Part shown: positions 19,273 through 24,462 of the stretch, in pieces
Position numbering within the stretch: position 1 is the first letter of the stretch
Layout: the number at the start of each line of letters is the position of its first letter
Source: Octopus sinensis
Lineage: Eukaryota
DNA: 24,462 nucleotides
NCBI RefSeq assembly: GCF_006345805.1
Contig: NW_021836352.1
Location: forward strand, 1 to 24,462
Direction of reading: 5' to 3'
The notes under the pieces: model-generated
Database searches by the model: none
Told to the model about the DNA's origin: nothing
The model's input: the letters and a program-made list of their open reading frames with translations, nothing else
Program-made: the position numbers and the translations under genes

Positions 19273-19560
19273 GATACCATAATAATATTTATGGCAAAAT
19301 AGGCCTAATTTCATTTAAGGTTGTGGGAAATAACAAACTTCCTTTCTTTCGGTTTGTTTACGTTGCGTAATGATTTCAAATAGGCTCATTCGAAAAAGTA
19401 AATAGAAAATAGTCTAAGTAAGGCTTTACTCTCTGGGAAAGTCTGTGGCTTGGTCCAGTTTCTTCAGAAAACTCACCGAAAGAAACATTTTTTTAATTTT
19501 CACTCCATTCAGGTACCAATTCGTTTTCTTTATCGCTGTCGGATTCACTGTTTTCACTTT
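19250..19560 (-). pseudogene. piggyBac-like transposase relic (start of the DDE domain) inside H4
   Basis: With frameshifts: SENSESDSDKENELVPEWSEN*KNVSFGEFSEETGPSHRL..LDYFL..SNE.FEIIT..TNR..TTLNEIR.AYFAINIIM.GIRKLPRITN. This follows the piggyBac order GP..P.DYF.LF....I...TN.Y..T..E..A..G..I.MG..KLP. Confidence 0.65.
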
Positions 19561-19926
19561 AATAGCTGCAAACTTGCAAAGACAAAGGAGGAGAGGGTGA
19601 TAGCGTCAGTGAAACAATTCGCTCCCTTTGTGTGTGTGTGTGTTTGCGTGTGGTGTAAACAAACTAGAAAGCATTTGACACACACACCAGAATGTGAGTT
19701 TTCTGTAAATTTTGCTTAATTGGAGTTTAAATTTTAAAAACTGGACCTGGCATGACGCGATGCATTGTACTCTTAAAATTGCTAGGTAAATTGTAATTGA
19801 AGAAATCCTATATTGTAGATTTGTATAACTCCCAAAGGGAGGCAGATAAAATCTGCCTTTTATAATAAGAGATATATATTATATATATATATATATAGAT
19901 ATACATATATACATACATACATATAT

Positions 19927-20068
19927 ACTGGTACTTAATTTATTTATCGCCCCGAAAGGATGAAAGGCAAAGTCGACCTCGGCGGAATTTGAGCTCATAA
20001 CGTAACGGCAGACGAAATACGTTTACGCATTTCGCCCGGCGTGCTAACGATTCTGCCAAGCTCGCCGC
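19927..20068 (-). mobile_element. SINE family B, 5' half
   Basis: Minus strand GGCGAGCTTGGCAGAATCGTTAGCACGCCGGGC..CAAATTCCGCCGAGGTCGAC..AATTAAGTACCAGT. Confidence 0.75.
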
Positions 20069-20434
20069 TTATGTCAAAGGAAAATATAGACACTAAATTC
20101 AGTGATGAGAATGGTGGAGATGGTGGTGGTGATGATGTTGGTAGTGCTGATGGTGGCGGAAGTGATTATGGTGGTGGGATAGATTTATCGAGATAGATCA
20201 TTTCTGTGTCTGTCTTTTACATTGTTCTATCATCTCAATGACATTTACAATCCGTCACTTTGTGGATTTTATATTATTGATGGTTTTGGTCAATTAACCA
20301 TTCTATCAAGCCTTCTCCTCCCACCTTTGGCTTTTTACTTATTTATTTAGTTTAGTTTGGTTTCCTTAAGAGCTCACGTGGAGCCAGCACATGAGCGAAG
20401 AGCAACTAAATATCCGTGTTACACAGCTTAAACT

Positions 20435-21295
20435 TGCGTCGTCGTCGTCGTCGTCGTCATCGCCACTGCTAGCGCCACCGCTGCCTCTATTATAACCACC
20501 ATCATCACCACCACCACTACCACCACCACCACAATCGCCATTATCGTCATGGTCGTCATCGTCATCGCCAACACCACCACCACAGACACCACCACCACCA
20601 CAACCACCACCACCACCACAGACACCACCACCACCACAACCACCACCACCACCACCACGACACCACACCACACACCACCACCACCACCCACAGACACCAC
20701 CACCACCGCCACCACAGCCCACCACCAACCACCACCACCACCACACACCACAGACACCACCGCCACTACACCACCACCACAGCTATCACCACTACAGCCA
20801 CCACACACCACTACCACAACCAACCACCACCACCACCACATAGCCACCATCACCACAGACACCACCACCACCACAGCCACCACCACTACCACAACCACCA
20901 CCACCCACCAGCACCACCACCACCACCAGCACCACCAGCCTCATCCCCAGCACCAGCACCACCACCAGCACCAGCACCACCACTACCAACCCACCACCAC
21001 CACCACCACCATCGCCATTATCGTCATGGTCGTCGTCGTCAACACAACCACCATCACCACTATGTCTACCGCTATCGCTGTCATCAACAGAGAAGTCACC
21101 TTCACCCCTCTCCACCCGCCACCTCCATCATCACTCCCACTACTAACCACTACTAACCGCTACCCGCCGTCGCCACTCCCTATCGCCGTCAGCAGCTGCA
21201 CCACCACTACCACTACCACCACCACCACCACAAATCACCATTGCTGCTGCCGTCAGCAGCACAGCACCAACACCACCATCACTATCAGCAACAAC
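20435..21295. repeat. Long (CAC/ACC/GTC)n low-complexity array
   Basis: Triplet periodicity. The block CGCCATTATCGTCATGGTCGTC occurs twice (~20535 and ~21012). Confidence 0.92.
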
Positions 21296-21384
21296 TTTTT
21301 GTCCTCTCACCTCACACTCTGTGAACGAGCCATGTACTTTTCCGACTGGTCTAAACACTCACATTCTGATCTCTGATCCATCTC

Positions 21385-21495
21385 ATCTCTCTCTCTCTAC
21401 TCTCTCCTCCTCTCTCTCTCTCTCCCTCTCCTCTCTCTCTCTCTCTCTTTCTCTCTACAACATTCTCTCTCTTTCTTTCTCTCTCCTTTCTCTTC
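21385..21495. repeat. (CT)n polypyrimidine tract
   Basis: Direct reading of the sequence. Confidence 0.9.
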
Positions 21496-21788
21496 GCCCT
21501 CTTCACCGTTAGCATTACTGCCGACTGGTCACGTGCCACCTTTACTTAGGACTTTTCTGACAGGGCTACTTTAACACTCGTAAAATTCAGGGGAAACTGT
21601 AAGGCATTTTGCTTTGTTCCGAGGGAATTCCTGATTTAAGCCCTGACAGCGCTGGATTAGCCCATTAAGCAAAATAAGTACGTGCTTAGGGCATCAAGGG
21701 ACGGGGGCATCACAGAAATGAAAATAGTTTACAGTACGAAAGAAATCATTTTAAAGTTGCTAAAATAATATTCGTAATGCCTTATCTC

Positions 21789-22216
21789 GGATCTTTTCGG
21801 TTTGAACGGCAGTTTTTTTCTAGCGGTGTCATATGAAACTGTCACCCATAATTATGACCCTAGTATCGATCTATTGCATTTCAATCTGTTTTAGGGTTAG
21901 GGTTTGATAGGGTTAGGGGTGGGGGGAAGGGTATCTTTTTTTCTTCACAAATGTAAATAAACCCAATCTGTTTCTTAAACGAGGGACATATTCATACGGC
22001 ACGAATGTTTTTTTACCTCAATAGACGTCAGTGATTGGTTGAAATTACAGAAATTGAAGAAAAAACAACAACAAATATCTTACAAACTATAGAATTTTCT
22101 CAATAAAGCCAGAGAAAAGAGGTTTTATAATACATTCTACTCCCAGTATACGAAGTTTGAAAATTTTTAGATACCTAGAAATTATGTTAAAACTGCCGTT
22201 CAAACCGAAAAGATCC
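21789..22216. mobile_element. MITE (~430 bp) with 28-bp perfect TIRs and an internal TTAGGG-like G-rich tract
   Basis: GGATCTTTTCGGTTTGAACGGCAGTTTT (21789-21816) versus AAAACTGCCGTTCAAACCGAAAAGATCC (22189-22216). The TSD is not clear. Confidence 0.8.
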
Positions 22217-22255
22217 CAACTTACATATATACTTGAGGCTACCAAAACCTTTTAA

Positions 22256-22380
22256 GAGACCGATAAAATGTGTACTAGGCTTAAAGAAATAGGTCTTGGG
22301 GTCGCCTGTTCGACTAAAAGCCCTTCGAGACTCCAGCGCGGCCGCGGTTATACTGAAACAAGTAAAAGAATAAAAGAGTA
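22256..22380 (+). mobile_element. Diverged 3' fragment of SINE family A
   Basis: GACCGATAAAATGTGTACTAGGCTT..ACTGAAACAAGTAAAAGAATAAAAGAG tail. Confidence 0.7.
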
Positions 22381-22420
22381 TAATCAGTATATGTATATCT
22401 ATATGTATTATATACTCTCT

Positions 22421-22552
22421 CTTTACTCTTACTCTTTTACTTGTTTCAGTCATTTGACTGTGACCATGCTGGAGCACCGCCTTTAGTCGAGCAAATCGAC
22501 CCCAGGACTTATTCTTTGTAAGCCTAGTACTTATTCTATCGGTCGCTTTTGC

Positions 22553-22595
<43 letters not shown>

Positions 22596-22773
22596 GCATA
22601 TATACATATATACGACAGGCTTCTTTCAGTTTCCGTCTACCAAATCCACTCACAAGGTTTGGTCGGCTCGAGGCTATAGTAGAAGACACTTGCCAAAGGT
22701 GCCACGCAGTGGGACTGAACCCGGAACCATGTGGTTGGTAAGCAAGCAACTTACCACAAAGCCACTCGGACGC
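22421..22773 (-). mobile_element. SINE family A with internal deletion
   Basis: Reverse complement of 3199-3615, lacking the segment between the microsatellite and GGCAAAA. Confidence 0.88.
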
Positions 22774-22935
22774 ATATATATAAAATTATAATTTAGGTAT
22801 CTAAGAGATACCACTACGCTGGAAATAGCAGCCAAAACTTGACTCTAAAACCACATTAAATGTTCCGTGAATGACAAACGAAAGAAGGGCACTCAATAAA
22901 TTTATTGGGAATTACATGTATGGATCAAAAGAGTA

Positions 22936-23062
22936 TGATTCAAATTTGTTGGTACTCTTGAGTTTTAAGCGTGATGATAGTCGTCTGCCATTCAAATTCA
23001 AAATGACTAAACTGACGACTAGCATCCGCTTGAAATTCAATTGTACCCTCGAATTTAAATCA
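22936..23062. repeat. 127-nt imperfect hairpin (~50-bp arms, 28-nt loop)
   Basis: TGATTCAAATTTGTTGGTACTCTTGAGTTTTAAGCGTGATGATAGTCGTC versus the reverse complement of the right arm TGATTTAAATTCGAGGGTACAATTGAATTTCAAGCG-GATGCTAGTCGTC. Confidence 0.85.
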
Positions 23063-23098
23063 AACTGTTTTGTTGCACACACACACACGCACACACAC

Positions 23099-23127
<29 letters not shown>

Positions 23128-23129
<2 letters not shown>

Positions 23130-23340
23130 TATGCATACAGACATACATATATGTACATACCTACATCTATATGTATATATACATGCATATATGGGTACAG
23201 GACACCACAAATAAACGTAGAACACAACGAGAGAAACGAAAACATAAAAGCAAACAAAGAAACGGCCTTTTTTTAACACCGAAAAAACAGAGTACAAGAC
23301 AAACAATACAAGGAATATTCCCCTTCTTCAGCTGCCCCTA
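23128..23340 (-). mobile_element. Family P repeat copy
   Basis: Homologous to 5779-5985 and 9434-9640. Confidence 0.7.
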
Positions 23341-23535
23341 GTTCGACTCAATGCGTACGCACTCACGCTCTAATCTAGACACGTTTCCAGCGACAAGTGC
23401 AGAGACAGAACACTTTCAGTTCTTTTTCCCATCTCTTATTGAAATCAAAGGAAAAATAAATTTTATTTGTGCCAAAAATAACACCCAATCCTTATTACTC
23501 ACACGCGTATAAAGTTGGTTTGAATGTACGCACGC

Positions 23536-23568
<33 letters not shown>

Positions 23569-23896
23569 CACACACACACACACACATACACACACACATG
23601 CACACATATACATATACATACACACACGTACGTGAGTGTTTGTGCAAACGTGTGTATATTCCGATGTTTAATGTATGCGTATGTAAATAACTCGTATAAT
23701 ATATGCAATGTTCACTTAAGCGCTGTGGTGTTTTTTCTTATATTTTGAAATCCACTTCAACCCACGAACTTTTATAATTTTCAAGATTCATTTGTTGAAA
23801 TTCAAGTCAAGACTCATACAGAATATTGCAAAATTTTTCAATATATGTTCGACTTGTTATTTTTCTTTAGCCTCTTCCTATACCTACTATGTTGCA

Positions 23897-24315
23897 CTCT
23901 CTCTTTACTCTTTTACTTGTTTCAGTCATTTGACTGCGGCCATGCTGGAGCACCGCCTTTGGTCGAGCAAATCGACCCCGGGACTTATTCTTTGTAAGCC
24001 CTACTTATTCTATCGGTCTGTTTTGCCGAACCGCTAGGTGACGTGGACGTAAACACACCAGCACCGGTTGTCAAGAAATGCTAGAGAGACAAACACAGAC
24101 ACACAAACATATACACACACATACATATACATATATATATATATACATATATACGACAGGCTTCTTTCAGTTTCCGTCCACCAAATCCACTCACAAGGCT
24201 TTGGTCGGCCCGAGGCTATAGCAGAAGACACTTGCCCAAGATGCCACGCAGTGGGACTGAACCTGGAACCATGTGGTTGGTTAGCAAGCTACTTACCACA
24301 CAGCCACTCCTGCGC
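23897..24315 (-). mobile_element. SINE family A, full length
   Basis: Reverse complement of 3199-3615, including the (AAGAGTA)n tail. Confidence 0.9.
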
Positions 24316-24462
24316 ACTAGGGGTAACATTTATAAAACTCATATGAAAAATGAGCAGAAGTAACAAAGCACAAATGCAGTGTGAGGTACAAGTTTTACCA
24401 AAGGTGTTATTAGTATAACGTTTGTAAAAAATGTATTTAACGTTTCGGATACAGGTCCTTCG

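Larger units (their letters stand above)
18406..19872 (-). mobile_element. Composite non-autonomous Helitron H4 (~1.47 kb)
   Basis: 5' A|TCTCTTATTATAAAAGGCAG (19872) and 3' CCCGAGCAACGCCGGG hairpin + CTAG (18406-18409). The 3' ~265 bp is related to H3. Confidence 0.78.

Noticed and set aside
20549-21376. 275-aa Thr/His-rich ORF and the antisense Val/Gly-rich ORFs
   Set aside because: Translation of a (CAC)n array, which lacks stops by composition. No domain or splice evidence.
21891-21931. True telomere or chromosome-fusion scar
   Set aside because: Only about three TTAGGG-like units, embedded inside a TIR element.
23370-23425. Minus-strand CTGAAAG..GAAACGTGTC
   Set aside because: The core is non-consensus and helices I and II do not pair.

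Overview
AT-rich, microsatellite-dense eukaryotic non-coding DNA with no recognisable host-gene exon. The SINE families and (TA)n/(TATG)n/(CA)n load suggest an octopod (Octopus-like) genome; this is inference. Nearly all listed ORFs are translations of simple repeats. The window is a mosaic of transposon relics: two mariner copies, several Penelope-like element (PLE) fragments, five non-autonomous Helitron-like copies, a CR1-like LINE 3' end, at least four tRNA-derived SINE families, and several MITE/foldback structures. Three things stand out. (i) There are eight hammerhead-ribozyme-like motifs in PLE termini, including one with a complete consensus fold present twice in a ~1.2-kb near-perfect palindrome (15386-16580). 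(ii) A 1.47-kb Helitron (18406-19872) contains a piggyBac-transposase relic, part of which is amplified into a 5x ~116-bp tandem array, and it ends in a head-to-tail CTAG|TC junction. (iii) Long inverted repeats are unusually dense. These are instances or variants of known element classes. I see no evidence for a wholly new protein-coding system. All alignments and folds were done by eye.
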